Origin: Sporopachydermia quercuum
Lineage: Eukaryota
Length of the DNA: 64,000 nt
Direction: 5' to 3'
Assembly: GCA_001599295.1 (NCBI GenBank)
Contig: BCGN01000002.1
Coordinates: 1,488,001-1,552,000 of the forward strand
The stretch's first letter is position 1. Every line of letters begins with the position of its first letter. Both the position numbers and the translations under genes were made by a program. Shown here one piece after another: positions 48,035 through 60,858 of this stretch. The notes under the pieces were generated by a model. That model saw only the letters and a list, made by a program, of their open reading frames with translations. It ran no database searches and had not been told where the DNA came from.

Positions 48035-50505
48035 GTGTTCCTGACTAATCGTTATATACTTTATAGTTTAGTTAAATTTTGCCTATCAAAATTTTAGTTC
48101 TGGTTTGATGCCGAATTATATTTATATGTATTTATTATTTGCAGTGGATTCTACACTGTAATCACTCCAGTAGTGCTGAAAGTAATTAAACTAGTTGGAA
48201 AAATCATCAACGAANAGCATGGCGGAGAAAGACAAGCAATGGAATCAGCATTAACAACTTCTTTCTTTTTCTTCGAAAGAATATTTAAAGAAGATAACAT
48301 TGAATAGCGATGATATGGATACATTGATGCTGATCTCTGTTGGTTCATCTAACAAACTCTTGTTACCCGTCAGCCCGAATTGTGGGGAATGACTGTCTGT
48401 AGAGCCACTAAAACTATCAACCTGGTATGACAATCAAATAGACAAAAAGGACTGTACGTTTCTCCGATTCTATTCAAACACAAGTAGAATGTACTGATGT
48501 ACTCAATTGATAATCATCCTCAAGAATGCATGACATTCTTTTCCAATACTTCAACCCCACAATATCTACCTCATTGCAAAAACCAACCAATCATTTGAAA
48601 CAACTCCTTCCGACAAATTACATATCGGAAGTAAATTCCAAGGAAAAAAGGAGATAATACATTCATATAAACTCCGAAATTGTGAAAGTCAACCGTGGAA
48701 TTCCGATTGCCAGGACATGTAATAGTTATCATAAATAGAATTATACGTCTTTGTTACTTGCTGATTATCTTAATTTATTAAACTTAATAACTTATTTCAT
48801 AAAATCCAATAGATTGATTTAGGATTGAATTAGGGCTTGTAATGTCTATAGAACGAGGAAGAATATCTGCTGAGTGGAGACTAGTCGATAAAGTAAATCA
48901 GTAGAAAGAACAATATGCAATTCATTTCTTTCTCCGCTCTGAGGATACATAGAGATTAGTGAACTCAGTGAGCGTATCTAATTCGAACTCATAGTAATAA
49001 CACCTGTAATTAATAGTTTGTTTCAGCTAATTAGGCCAATCGATAATACTTGTATATCAACCTGCTCGGCTGATTCCCTTTCCCATTATCATACTCAACT
49101 TTTTCGCTTCTCCCCCGAGAGCTCAAATTTCATCATGTGACTTGCTTTCTCTTATTTGGGTTGTCTCACTACAAAAGTTAGGAAACAATAAAACTCATTT
49201 GTCTCAGAGGATGTCCGAAATATTGACTTCCAGCGAATAGAAATTGTGATGCAAGTTAAGTTAAGTTGCTTCCCTAATATGGTAGTACATGATCGAATAT
49301 ACCCGCTTCAACTAAACAACTGACCAGTCAAAAGAGAGAAACGGGCTAAGAGGAAAAAAATTTGACTGACTACATAGTCTAGTATATTCTTTCAAAGTGA
49401 AACAATTACAGAGGATTAGCGTGAGAAGTCTAGATCCAAAGTATATGGGATTCTGAAATGGGTAAAAACTTGCTATGAGATTTTGTAAATTCTACAGTAG
49501 TGAATCGGAGGTTCGAGATGACCTACGGAAAATTTTCTCCCAGCGGCAATACGAATAAATAATAGGAAAGAAATTGTAACCATTAGGATTATTGTAAATC
49601 CACCAAAACGTTTCCATCATTTATTACTGTATATATATATACATTGTATTAATTTTTACCTGTATTGAATACAAACAAAACCGCCTCATTCAAGGTTCGT
49701 CCAACCTAAAAACGACAGTCCATGGATTCGTTCATTTATTTCAACAAGGACAGTTTTGACTACTTTCACCGAAGAATAGAATTATCACGCGTATACATTA
49801 CGAGCATATCAAGCCCTAGGCCATTACTCGAACGAAAACAAAATTTCATCATTGAGAGTTTCTCTAACCTATCATGTTAACAAATCTATTAAACTCCAAT
49901 AACTAAGCCTCTACTATACCTTCCTCCAGCGGCAGAACCCTCCGTCACCAGAGAAAATTTTCACCAGAATAAACTTTTGGCTAAGAAGACTTGTTGATGC
50001 AAAGCAAAAGCCTAAACGCAAACTCTAATCTTCCCTCATGCCCTAAATACCATGCTTTGTTGAGTTGTTTTTTTACCTGCTAACGTGAAACGGGGAGAGA
50101 GGAAGAGTATATATATAGTTACAACGTAATGCCATTTTCATGAAAAGCGGGTTTTCGTCTGGAGGAATACAGAAAATGGGAATAACATTGATATCGTAAC
50201 AAGAAATAAAGATGAACCAACGTATGATACTGCTGGAAATTACGGAGAATAATTGGAATATAGTAAGATCCACGATGGAATAGCATATTATCGTACACTG
50301 AAGAGTAGAAAAGTGAGAAGAGCCATCAGGGGGTTTCAAAAGTCACAGTAATATATTGCTTTGATGTATCAAAAATCCAAGCAGAAATCCAAGTAATAAC
50401 AGAACGAATCTTAATAATCAGACAATAAAGATTCATCTGCGAGGTCAGCAACGTCTCTGAAGAATAAGAACACAAGGACAAAATACACTGTAATATAGTA
50501 CCAAC

Positions 50506-51942
50506 ATGATCGATACTAAAAAAATGAACAAATTTGCAAGTCTTTTTAAAGACAAGAAAAGTGGCTCAGAGACGTCATCCCCAACTTCTTCTCCACCTCT
50601 TGAAGTAACTGAAGAAGCTGTAGCTGCTGTCGAAGAATTAGAAAAAACTCTTGCCTGTATGCCATTGTCTCCAAAGTCAATTCATATGTCAGAAATCCAT
50701 CCTGTGAAATCAGTTTCTGCTACTGATTTTACAATTGCTTTAAGCAATTTACAACCCGTGCTATCAGATCCTCAGTCTTTATTTCATACTGAAAGCGTTC
50801 ATAGTGTTTTGAGCAATGAATTGGAATATCCTGGAAAACTTGAAGAATCCGCTAAAGCTGGAACTAGATTCTTTGCAACTAGAGATCATAAATACCATGA
50901 ACACCATTTAAAACCTCTTCGAAGACAAGAAAGATTAAAAAAGATTGTTGCTAATTTATTAAAGGTGAAGTCGGTACATCATGATGCAGTTTCTGTTGTA
51001 ACACCTGGATCTAACTTATCTATGATGTCACAGCTTTTATCAACAATGGATAAGCATGACATAGCAGGCTCATCTGAAAGTTTTCTTAAACGTTATGGAA
51101 AATGTGAGAATGTCATTGGTGAGGGATCTTTTGGTACAGTTCGATTATGTCAAAAGTATGACACTTCGACTTCTAGAGAAACCTTATATGCTGTGAAAGA
51201 ATTCAAACTGAAAGATAATGATGAGAAGACAGTTTCAAAACTAACTTCAGAGTTTTGTATATCTTCTTCGCTTCGTCATCCTAACATCGTCATGACATTT
51301 GATTTACTCAAGGATTCCAAAGGCTTTTTTTCGGTGATGGAGTATTGTTCTGGTGGAGACTTGTACTCTTTGATTTTATCTTCACCATCAGGACTAGATC
51401 CTTTTGAGGCAAACTGCTTTTTCAAGCAATTGATAAGAGGAGTCCGTTATATGCATGATATGGGCATAGCTCATATGGATTTGAAACCTGAAAATCTTTT
51501 ACTTACGCCAGACGGAGCGTTGAAAATATCTGATTTTGGATCGGCTTTTTGTTTCCTTATGGCTTGGGAAAAAGATGTTCATTTATGCACTTCTCCACAA
51601 GGCTCTGCACCTTACATGGCACCTGAAGAGTATTCAAACGTGCCCTTTGATGCTCGCAAATGTGATGTGTGGGCATCGGGTGTTATTTATATGGCGATGC
51701 GTACTGGCCACTATATGTGGTGTAGCGCAAAGAAGTCGGATGAGTTTTTCAAGACTTATATGCAAGCCAGAAAGACAGAAGAGGGATATGAAGTTATTGA
51801 ATCGATTAAAGGCAAACGCATACGTAATGTTGTGTATTCAATGCTTGATCCTGTCCCCAAAAGACGATTAACTGCTAAACAAGTTCTCAAATCTGAATGG
51901 GTTAGAGATATTCATGTTTGCAATGCTGGAAAAGGAAGATAA
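50506..51942 (+). CDS. HAL-family Ser/Thr protein kinase (Sat4/Hal4-like)
   Basis: GEGSFGTV, YAVKEF, KLTSEFCISSSLRHPNI, MEYCSGGDL, CFFKQLIRGV, DFG, F.MAWE, GSAPYMAPEEY. Confidence 0.85.
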   Translation: MIDTKKMNKFASLFKDKKSGSETSSPTSSPPLEVTEEAVAAVEELEKTLACMPLSPKSIHMSEIHPVKSVSATDFTIALSNLQPVLSDPQSLFHTESVHSVLSNELEYPGKLEESAKAGTRFFATRDHKYHEHHLKPLRRQERLKKIVANLLKVKSVHHDAVSVVTPGSNLSMMSQLLSTMDKHDIAGSSESFLKRYGKCENVIGEGSFGTVRLCQKYDTSTSRETLYAVKEFKLKDNDEKTVSKLTSEFCISSSLRHPNIVMTFDLLKDSKGFFSVMEYCSGGDLYSLILSSPSGLDPFEANCFFKQLIRGVRYMHDMGIAHMDLKPENLLLTPDGALKISDFGSAFCFLMAWEKDVHLCTSPQGSAPYMAPEEYSNVPFDARKCDVWASGVIYMAMRTGHYMWCSAKKSDEFFKTYMQARKTEEGYEVIESIKGKRIRNVVYSMLDPVPKRRLTAKQVLKSEWVRDIHVCNAGKGR

Positions 51943-52266
51943 CCTTTTAAAAAAGATCAAACAAACAGACTATGCATTAATATTGTTACATGCATACAGT
52001 GTAATATAGTTTTTATATAATGGTTTAATGGGAATATTAGAAATATAGAGGGCAATAATTTATCAATTTCAATCAGTAGATCAATCAGTATGAAACATAA
52101 CCAAAGTAGAAGTAAAAACACAGTTTGATATAGATGAAAGAGTTTTGAACACTTATAAAATGACGATGATTGTCACCAAACAAAATATGAAACCAAGAAG
52201 TTTTAGTAACAGAAATAATAATACCATAACGATTAATAGGAAACTATATATATATGAAAAAGAGAC

Positions 52267-53574
52267 TCAAAAATCGGTGAAAAATTCAGCATAAGGGTCC
52301 GGACCCACTGCGCCATAATCAAACTTCTCTTCAGGATATCTATCAAATAAGGACGTATCACCAACACCTGATTGAATTGGTGGTTCATAAGGGGTTTCAA
52401 TATCTTTACTTAATAGCTTTTCCCAAACAACCTCAGAGAACCAGGGATGGTTTTTGATATCAGAAGAACCACCTTGTAAATTTCCTAACCTCCGTGTAAG
52501 ATCTTTAGTGATTAATTTTTCTAAGAGGTCTCTTGCATCCGGGTGAAAGAAAGATGGATATTTAACTTTACATACCAAAATGTTTTCATAGGTTTTCATT
52601 GGAGCAGGATCATAAAATGGGGTACAACCAGCAAGCATTTCATAAATAAGAATTCCTAATGACCACCAATCAACTGATTTATTGTATGGTTTAGTCGTAA
52701 CAACCTCAGGTGCAATGTAATCAGGTGTACCGCAAAGAGTCCATGTTACATCTGGAACTTCTTTTGCAAAACCAAAATCTGTTATCTTTATATGGCCCGA
52801 TTTATCCAAAAGAATATTCTCTGGCTTTAAATCTCTGTAGATGATATTATGAGAATGAAGATATTCCAAAGCTAAGGTAACTTCTGATGCGTAGAATTTA
52901 GCAACAGGATTAGGGAATCTCTGAGATTTTCTCAATAAAGAAAATAATTCACCACCTTCAATATAATCCATCACCATAAAAAGGTTTTTAGAGTCTTGGA
53001 AAGTTCCCCACATTCTAATCAAGAACGGATGATCAACCAATTTCAACATTCGTCTTTCGTCATTTGTATGTTCAACTTGTTTCATCTTAACTACCTGTGA
53101 TTTTTTTAGAACTTTTATAGCATAGTATCTACCATTATGAACTGACCTTACAAGATGAACTCTTCCGAATGAACCAGTGCCTAAAGTTCTTTGGATTTGA
53201 AAGTCACCTAAAGAATATTTACCCTTTGATACTGTTGACCTTTGCGGCAATTGAGATTGATGAGTTTCCAATTGTTGAGTCACCTGAGGTACCTGGTTTG
53301 GTACTATTTGGGCCTGCATCCTTGATTGATTAGTCCTCTCTATATTCTCAACAGTAGCTGTGTTATCACTATTCTCTACCAGAGTTGATTGATTTGAAAT
53401 ATGTTGTTCTCGCAGAGATTGAGAATTTGTCTCAGTTGGTTCTGAGTTATAATGTTGTTGGTTTTCAGCTGATTGAGCCGATGAAGCTGAATCGACTTTG
53501 TCAAGTTCTGAATCTTGATTAGGATGAATGGAATGTTGAAGTTTACTTTTCAACTGAGTCCAGGGTTTAACCAT
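52267..53574 (-). CDS. TPK2: cAMP-dependent protein kinase catalytic subunit (Tpk2-like)
   Basis: SKGKYSL.DF...[45 protein letters not shown]-terminal F.DF; Q-rich N-terminus. Confidence 0.93.
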   Translation of the reverse strand: MVKPWTQLKSKLQHSIHPNQDSELDKVDSASSAQSAENQQHYNSEPTETNSQSLREQHISNQSTLVENSDNTATVENIERTNQSRMQAQIVPNQVPQVTQQLETHQSQLPQRSTVSKGKYSLGDFQIQRTLGTGSFGRVHLVRSVHNGRYYAIKVLKKSQVVKMKQVEHTNDERRMLKLVDHPFLIRMWGTFQDSKNLFMVMDYIEGGELFSLLRKSQRFPNPVAKFYASEVTLALEYLHSHNIIYRDLKPENILLDKSGHIKITDFGFAKEVPDVTWTLCGTPDYIAPEVVTTKPYNKSVDWWSLGILIYEMLAGCTPFYDPAPMKTYENILVCKVKYPSFFHPDARDLLEKLITKDLTRRLGNLQGGSSDIKNHPWFSEVVWEKLLSKDIETPYEPPIQSGVGDTSLFDRYPEEKFDYGAVGPDPYAEFFTDF

Positions 53575-55143
53575 ATAGAGAAATTAAAACGAGTCAATTG
53601 TGTTATACTGGTGATGTTGTCACTGTTGGCGTCACACCAGTTTTGGCAAGGAGATCAATACTCAATTGCTTTACTTAAATTACAAAGTAAATTTGATGAT
53701 AGTAAATAAACGACACACAATCAGATTTCAAGTCTCAATTGTTGTGTATTTATTCGTTTGTATTGATTGTTTTACTTTCTTTCTTTCTTCTTCTTTCCTG
53801 TCAAGTTCCTTTGCTTATAACCTGATAGCTCTTTCTCTTATTATGCCTTTTGTAGATAAAGGAGACTAGACAAACGGGCTTGTATCCAATTTCCTCACTG
53901 CCAAAGATGGGGATACCTTATGTCTTGGTGATGATATGACAATATAAAGTCACAACTGAACAGAGTTGAGTGGATTATGAAAGAATATGATAAAGTAAAA
54001 TATGTTGTTGCTGATTGCTGTTGGATGTGGATAGCTGATTGTAGAAAGAGAAGGCAAATTTGAATATTGTTAAGTTGAATTGAGGACAGTTGCAAAAGAA
54101 TGACTTCCGATTTAATGGTGAGAGCATCAGTTAGGTAAAGGGGTGTCCAATTGGTGCACCGGGTTAGATTTTCGAGTAAGTAGTGCATTCACTTTGTCTC
54201 TGTACGGTAACACAGACTTACTGTGCGTCTCAAGATATTTTAAAGTTAATGATCAGTACCAATCAATTATCGTATGTTGAAGTTGGATAGATAGTGTGCC
54301 ATAACAAAAAGGTGAAGAAGGCAATATATGTTAATCACAAAGAAAAGGGTGGTTGAAAAAAAAAGGATAATCGGTTTTTCCGAATCAAATTCCTACTTTT
54401 ATAGGATATCTTAGATATTTAGAAACGAATTCAAATGAGTTAAGAGTAATAAACTGGAGCATGTACATAGGGTTTGGGACAAGCATTGTCTTGCATATGA
54501 CTATATATATTCTTGGCTCTGCCCTTCTTTTCTTGTCTTAAGTCTTACTTGTAATGTCGCTTTATCACCGTTGGTTCTTATCTTAATAAAGAAAATTAAT
54601 TCAATTCCTTCAAAGGCGATTGGCGATTACATAGCTCAAAAATATTTACTTCCGATAAGTTCATGCGGTAGAGAGATATTCTTTCCCACACTTCACAAGT
54701 GTGATCTTTGTAGATGAGATGAACTCAATTACTCTGTTCGCTTACTGTTTGTTTGTTTGTTTGTTCTTCCGTTACTTCTATATGTTTAATTTGTCACGAT
54801 GACGGGCAGGTGTTTGTACCTTCGAACTAAAAATTGGCTGCACGAGTATACAAATTGGGAAATCAAAGATCAGATGATCAGAAATTGCATTTCTTTTCTC
54901 CAAGGATCTGGAAGTTCACTTGTCAGGTCCAGAACAACGAAGAGACTTTTCTAGAGGGACTATTATAATGGGGTTGATGGTCATCAGGAATAATAAGTAG
55001 AACCAGTTAGGAAAACAAGCATTAGTAAAAACATAAGAGGAGAATTTATTAGTTATATATGCATTAAGTGGCTACTTTTATTGCTTGCCTTTAGATGCCT
55101 ACATTATGGAATCTTCACCTTTTATTACTATCTAAATAACCAT

Positions 55144-58113
55144 TTATTTCCTCTTACTAGGGCGAGCATTCTTAGCTCTTCTCTTTTCCAGAAGTTGTCT
55201 CTGTTTCATAACATCTTGAACTGAGTTCAGTTGAGTTCTACTATTTCTATCAACTGGGCCACCATTATTCCTAACAAATCTGCCATGCTTATTAGCATTA
55301 ACGCCTTTAACAGCCATACCACTGGCAACAGCTTCCTTAACCCTCTTACGACGTATTTCGTAATCATCTCTAGCCCTATCAGCAGGCTTTGGAGCGACCA
55401 CTTTTGTATGCAACTTCCTCTTCTTTCCAACGTTATTGAGAGCACTTGTATCATTGGCATCTCCAACAGAACTATTACCTTTAACACGATGATTTTGCTT
55501 CCATGATTCAAATCTTCCACTCTTGTAAGAAGCAGGGATCTTTTGACCACCTTCACCACGGATATATTTCTTGGAGATACCATTCTTGTCTGCCACACTC
55601 CCAGAATTAATGAATTTTCCTCTCTTTTTATCCCATTTCATTCCTTGCCTGTGTACTTTTCCTGCATCATTTTCATCTCCAGCGATATCGAATGAAGCTT
55701 CATTTGCAGCTTGAACAAATCCACCATCAGAATCACCAATCTTATACGCACGCTCTTCAACTGCTGAAACACTGGAATAATGTGAAATATAGAACTTATC
55801 ATCACGAAATGACTTTCTTTCTTTCTTTGGTTTTCCCTTATCGCCATCTTCGAACACATTGTACAACTCTTCATCTTCCACAGTCTCCGCTTTGGTATAA
55901 CCGACTTCACCTTCTTGACCTCCAAGCAGTTCTTCGTTTTCACCATGTGCTAATCCAGCTTTTCTTTCCTTCTCACGTAATAGTTTCTGTTCTTGAGCTT
56001 TCTTTTGAATAGGTGCAAGTTGTTTTCTTCTTCTCAGCATTAATAGAGCACTCTCACTGAGACCAGACCCTTGGAGACCTTTCTTGCTTGCTCCAAATTC
56101 AAACACAGTTTCTTTTGTCTTTCTATCTTGCAGTTTTGCTAGGAAATCATTCTTTGCATCTTCAGCTTTTTGCATTTCCATGAAACTATTTTCCACTTTG
56201 TTGAATATTAAATTAACTTCATCCCAGCCACTTTCAATCAGTTCCTTACTACGTTTGAAACTCTCCTTAGAAGCAGAACTTCTGGTTTTCATATACAATC
56301 GTTCACCTTTCACAGCAACATCTTTCAGAAGTTTCAAATCATAGTTCTTATCTAGAATTGATCGGTATGTTTCCTGTGCTAACTCCAAACCAGTTCTAGG
56401 GAATGACCCTACTACTAAACGATCAGTGAAACTCACACTATCGATATCACCAGGATTCACCATTCCGCTTAAAAGAACCTTTTTAGATAAAAAAACTTCG
56501 ATATCAAGTAAATATGGCAAATCAATTTCTTGAACAATGGAGTATGCCCAACCTTTATGTCCAGCTCTTGCAGTACGTCCAACTCTATGGACAAACACTT
56601 TAGGTGATGCTGGTAGAGTATAATTAATAACATTTGCCAGAACAGGGATATCAATACCTCTAGCTGCTACATCAGTAACAACTAGAATTGTTGCGATACC
56701 ACTGCGAAAATGATTCAATTGTTGACGACGAGCATGTTGGTCTAATGAACCGTAGATATATGAAACTGCATAACCTGAATCACGAAGTATACCACTTATA
56801 TACTCAACATGATGTCTAGTAGGCACGAAAATAATACTTGCATTAGGAGAAGGAAGTTCATTTGCAGGAGCAAATCGTCTTACCTTTTTATGATCCTTAT
56901 TAAACCTTCCCTTCTTTTCTGATTTCTTACCATATTCTTCATTCTCATCATCTTCACCTTCGCTTAAACTAGAATCCTTCAAAGTTTTCAGTTGAGATTC
57001 GGTCGCAGCAGGCATTTTTATAACTTCATCTAACAGAAACAGTAAAGCTGCTTCTCTTTCATCCTTCTTGATAGAAAACCATGCCATTTCTAGATTTTCG
57101 GATACTTTAGTATCTACATCTAATCTGATTAACACAGGATTATTTAAACCAACTTTAGCAAAATCAACCAGACTTCTAGGTAAAGTAGCTGAAAACAAAA
57201 GGGTTTGACGGTTTAGTGATAATGAAGCAATCAACTCATTTAACTGTTCTGCAAAACCTAGTTCGAATAATCGATCAGCCTCATCAAAAACAATATACTG
57301 AATAGATTTCAAATCCAATGACATTTCAACTTTCAAATGTAAAAATCTGCCTGGAGTTGCAACAACAATATCTGGGTTTGCCATCATACTACTAAATTGA
57401 TCATCAAGGGAATCACCACCTACTAGACCTAGTACTCTTAAATCAGAACCTTTAGAGAAATCTTTCACGACTTTCATTGTTTGTAAGGCCAATTCTCTAC
57501 TTGGGGATAAAATAAGAGCTCTAATTCCAACTCTAGCAGAATGGGCTTTCAACTGATCGATCAATGGAAGAACAAATGCTGCTGTTTTACCGCTTCCCGT
57601 CCTGGCCATACCAACCACATCTCTACCAGTTAAGATATGAGGAAGCGCTTTACGTTGGATTGGTGTTGGTAATTTAAACCCTTTGCGTTGAATGTTTCTT
57701 AGTAAAAATTTTGAAAGCCCTAACGACTGAAATGTACCACCCGTTTTCAGTTTACTCTGGGGCAATTCTGGATAATTAGAATCTGAATCATCATCTCCTG
57801 GTCCATTCAGCTCTAGTTTCGGAAACGATTTTGTATCTGGTTTAGTTGCTTTTATTTTACCATCTTTCTTTGAATTTTTATTACCTTTCTCTTTTTCTTC
57901 ACCATTTACCTTTACCTTTTCCTCTTCTTGTTCTTCCTCTTCTGAACTTGATAAGATCTCATCTTGTAGTTCTACGTCTTCATTATCACTGTCATCACTA
58001 TCAAACTCATCATTATCATCCGATTCACCATCGCTCACCGCTATAGACTTGGTGATATCAACATGATCAGACTCATCTTCTGAGTCTGAATATTCCGACT
58101 CTTTCCTATTCAT
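55144..58113 (-). CDS. DBP10: DEAD-box RNA helicase Dbp10 (DDX54), 60S biogenesis
   Basis: PTPIQRK, MARTGSGKT, SPSREL, DEAD, SAT, HRVGRTARAG, and a DBP10CT-type 'MKWDKKRGKF...GEGGQKIPASYKSGRF..WK'. Confidence 0.96.
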   Translation of the reverse strand: MNRKESEYSDSEDESDHVDITKSIAVSDGESDDNDEFDSDDSDNEDVELQDEILSSSEEEEQEEEKVKVNGEEKEKGNKNSKKDGKIKATKPDTKSFPKLELNGPGDDDSDSNYPELPQSKLKTGGTFQSLGLSKFLLRNIQRKGFKLPTPIQRKALPHILTGRDVVGMARTGSGKTAAFVLPLIDQLKAHSARVGIRALILSPSRELALQTMKVVKDFSKGSDLRVLGLVGGDSLDDQFSSMMANPDIVVATPGRFLHLKVEMSLDLKSIQYIVFDEADRLFELGFAEQLNELIASLSLNRQTLLFSATLPRSLVDFAKVGLNNPVLIRLDVDTKVSENLEMAWFSIKKDEREAALLFLLDEVIKMPAATESQLKTLKDSSLSEGEDDENEEYGKKSEKKGRFNKDHKKVRRFAPANELPSPNASIIFVPTRHHVEYISGILRDSGYAVSYIYGSLDQHARRQQLNHFRSGIATILVVTDVAARGIDIPVLANVINYTLPASPKVFVHRVGRTARAGHKGWAYSIVQEIDLPYLLDIEVFLSKKVLLSGMVNPGDIDSVSFTDRLVVGSFPRTGLELAQETYRSILDKNYDLKLLKDVAVKGERLYMKTRSSASKESFKRSKELIESGWDEVNLIFNKVENSFMEMQKAEDAKNDFLAKLQDRKTKETVFEFGASKKGLQGSGLSESALLMLRRRKQLAPIQKKAQEQKLLREKERKAGLAHGENEELLGGQEGEVGYTKAETVEDEELYNVFEDGDKGKPKKERKSFRDDKFYISHYSSVSAVEERAYKIGDSDGGFVQAANEASFDIAGDENDAGKVHRQGMKWDKKRGKFINSGSVADKNGISKKYIRGEGGQKIPASYKSGRFESWKQNHRVKGNSSVGDANDTSALNNVGKKRKLHTKVVAPKPADRARDDYEIRRKRVKEAVASGMAVKGVNANKHGRFVRNNGGPVDRNSRTQLNSVQDVMKQRQLLEKRRAKNARPSKRK

Positions 58114-60858
58114 GTTGATGCTAATTTGATTATTAGTTTGATACCAACAACAGAACTTTAGTACAAGTTTCCATCATAGTTAAAAGTACAAATGGTGCTT
58201 GATAATGATATGATTTCTTTAGCAATTTATTTCTGTCTCACTAATAAAATTTTTTTATTTTGTATGGCGCTGTTGGGAGGTTGATTGATGATGAGGTAAT
58301 CATATAAAATATTATTAAGTGCCCAGCAATGGTCAAAGCAAATGATTACATAATCATTAAATTGATTACCCTTAGTACCTGAAAATACTTGAAAAGCAAG
58401 TAAGGTTTGCGCCAATTCAAACTTTAATATTTTATACATTTACTCTACAACAACTCAAATGTAAAGTATCGAGAGAGATAAAAAAAAGTTTCAGCTTTCA
58501 GAGAGCTATCTTAAGAGGAACTTTAGAAATGAGAGAAAAAGGTAAAGTATTAAACGGTTACAGGTAGTCCAATTATTTTTATATAGAGAAAACACGGTAT
58601 ACTGGTATGCTGCTATTTCCTCCCCGAATGGTTTGGTAAACTGCTAAAAATATCACTATGGTTAGCCAATACTTTTGTAAGGGTGACTGACGAAAATCAA
58701 AGTGTACTACTATTATTAATTTGAACTTCAGAAAGTTCAGAAAGATTACAGATCCAGCTCAGAAGTTTCTGATGATGAAAGGAGCATCGTCAAACACTTT
58801 GGAGTTGATGATTTTCGGCCATTGATCGTGATCATGCGTGAAAGTCAATGGTTTAAAGGTAAACTAAACTAATGCAAAATCTCTTAATGTTATCGTTTTA
58901 CTATTACCAAATATTGAAGTTGGAAGGTTTCAGTAAAAAAGAATCTATATTATTTATTTTTTGCAGATTTTCTGAAGATATTCTGTAGATCTGTCAACTT
59001 TTATCAACCTCAATGTTTAGGCTTCCAAGGCATGCTGGGCTCTTGTTCAGTCTTATACCTTCTACCACTTTCCAACATAATCGAGCGTGATTAGGAAGGC
59101 CTTTCTTATTTCTTTCTATTTCTAGTCAGGCAGGGAGTATCATATTCTTAGCAGACCTGAACACTTAACGTTACGGTATATATCATTAATATAGCACATC
59201 TTTTGGTACTAAAAATAAGAGAGGAGAGAGTTGATTTAGTAGAATAAAGGTTTATTAATTGAAATAAAGTTAATTTACTTTGAACTTTAAAAAGTTTATA
59301 TAAGACTGAAAAACATATCGCTTCAATCTAGACCTGATGCCTCACTTAAGAAGATATTAAACTAGTACAAAATTAATACTACAATCAATAGCATTCTTTA
59401 AACTTATTTTTCAATCAAACAATTGGGAAACAAGTATTCTCGAGAATTATCCCATAGCAATTTAAGCTAAAATCATAATATTTGCCGGCTGTCTGATAAT
59501 TACGGGGTCAATTGATCAGTATTTGCTCTCTGCACTAAATATAATTCTAACTCAAAATCCCAAATCCAAATGGAAACTGCATTTAACCATAAGCAGCCAA
59601 GCTATCTAACTTGACAGTTACTCAGAATGCAATAATCAAATGTTCATGCTAATTATAAAAAAAGATCTCTTCACATTTATAGCAGAAGAATGCCATACAT
59701 TTCGCTCCCTTTTATGAAGATTCATCGGGTAAAGTCGGAAAGAATTCTTATAGGGATGTTTTTGATCAGTCTCTTTCCATATACCAAAATCGGGAATAAA
59801 TAATTTTAAGCTTTGAACTCTAAACCCGGAACACTCCATTGAGTAAAAATGAGAAGTATTAAGTTATAGATTCTTTGATGAATTCAACTGATTGTTCGGA
59901 TTATGAAGGGGTTTTAAGCCTCAAGGATGATTGATTATAAGGTAAAGGAAGTTTCAGACTTAGATCACATTTCTGAGATGTAATAATGTTCGGTAATCGA
60001 TATAGCAGAAGATCAAGAGGGTGGTAAATGTAACACAAGTGGTTTGGTCTTAGCTAAAAGTAATCAAAGTCTTGCTTTCTTTAATCTGCTCAACATGGAC
60101 TCATCAAAAAAGAGAAAGTAAAATATGTATCGCAAGTAAATATGGTAAATCGTCGTGCTGAAAATTAATCCTCGTTTCTCCTTTTAGCATACCTTGCTAC
60201 GCTTGCAAGCAAACTGTTCAGTCAGTTTTCAGGACCCATGCATTTAAATCTTCAACTCCTTGCTAAAACAACATCTCATTCCAAGATCCAGATCCACTAG
60301 AATAAGTTTGCCATCCTCAACTCGGAAAACACAGACATTCTACTCTCAGGGTCAATTCGTCCTTTCTTTAGCGATCTAATCCTACAAGCGAAAAGCTGGC
60401 TCAAGTTTCTTTCAATATCTACTCCGCTTAAAGTTTGCTATTTTTCTAAAGTTAAAGTCCTATTCCAACTTTAATTATATTCTTGCATACAATTTAGTTT
60501 TAGTCTTCTTTTCTAACTGAAATGAAAAAGCTAAATCAGCCAGGTTTTCTGTTATTCAAAATACCGCAAGGTATATAACCAGATACACTGCTACCATTAC
60601 ATCTTTTATCCAAACAAAGGTACATTGCAACCGTGAACTACTACGAGGCATTCATCAATCAATTTATGACGTATCATCATTATAAGCAGGTCAATCACCT
60701 TTTGTCAAATGGCTACATGTAGGCCAACACGCATTACATTGATTACGGAACATTGTCATCTATTCTTCATTATTTAATTGATCCTGCATTTCTATCATCA
60801 GAACAGCTAGTAGCACTACTATAAAAACAAAACAACGGACTAATACGCAACAATCAAA

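Noticed and set aside
2..53574. Apparent nutrient-signalling gene cluster (IML1, TSC1, HAL kinase, TPK2)
   Set aside because: The genes are spread over 50 kb among unrelated housekeeping genes; no evidence of functional clustering.
58130..58500. PAC/RRPE ribosome-biogenesis motifs upstream of DBP10
   Set aside because: Only degenerate matches (GATGAG core, AAAATTTTTTT, AAAGTTTCA); not enough to call.
59300..60500. Possible pseudogene or mobile-element relic in the 2.7-kb DBP10/SMF1 spacer
   Set aside because: The translations I tried are interrupted by stops and show no motif I recognise; no terminal repeats. tBLASTx would be needed.
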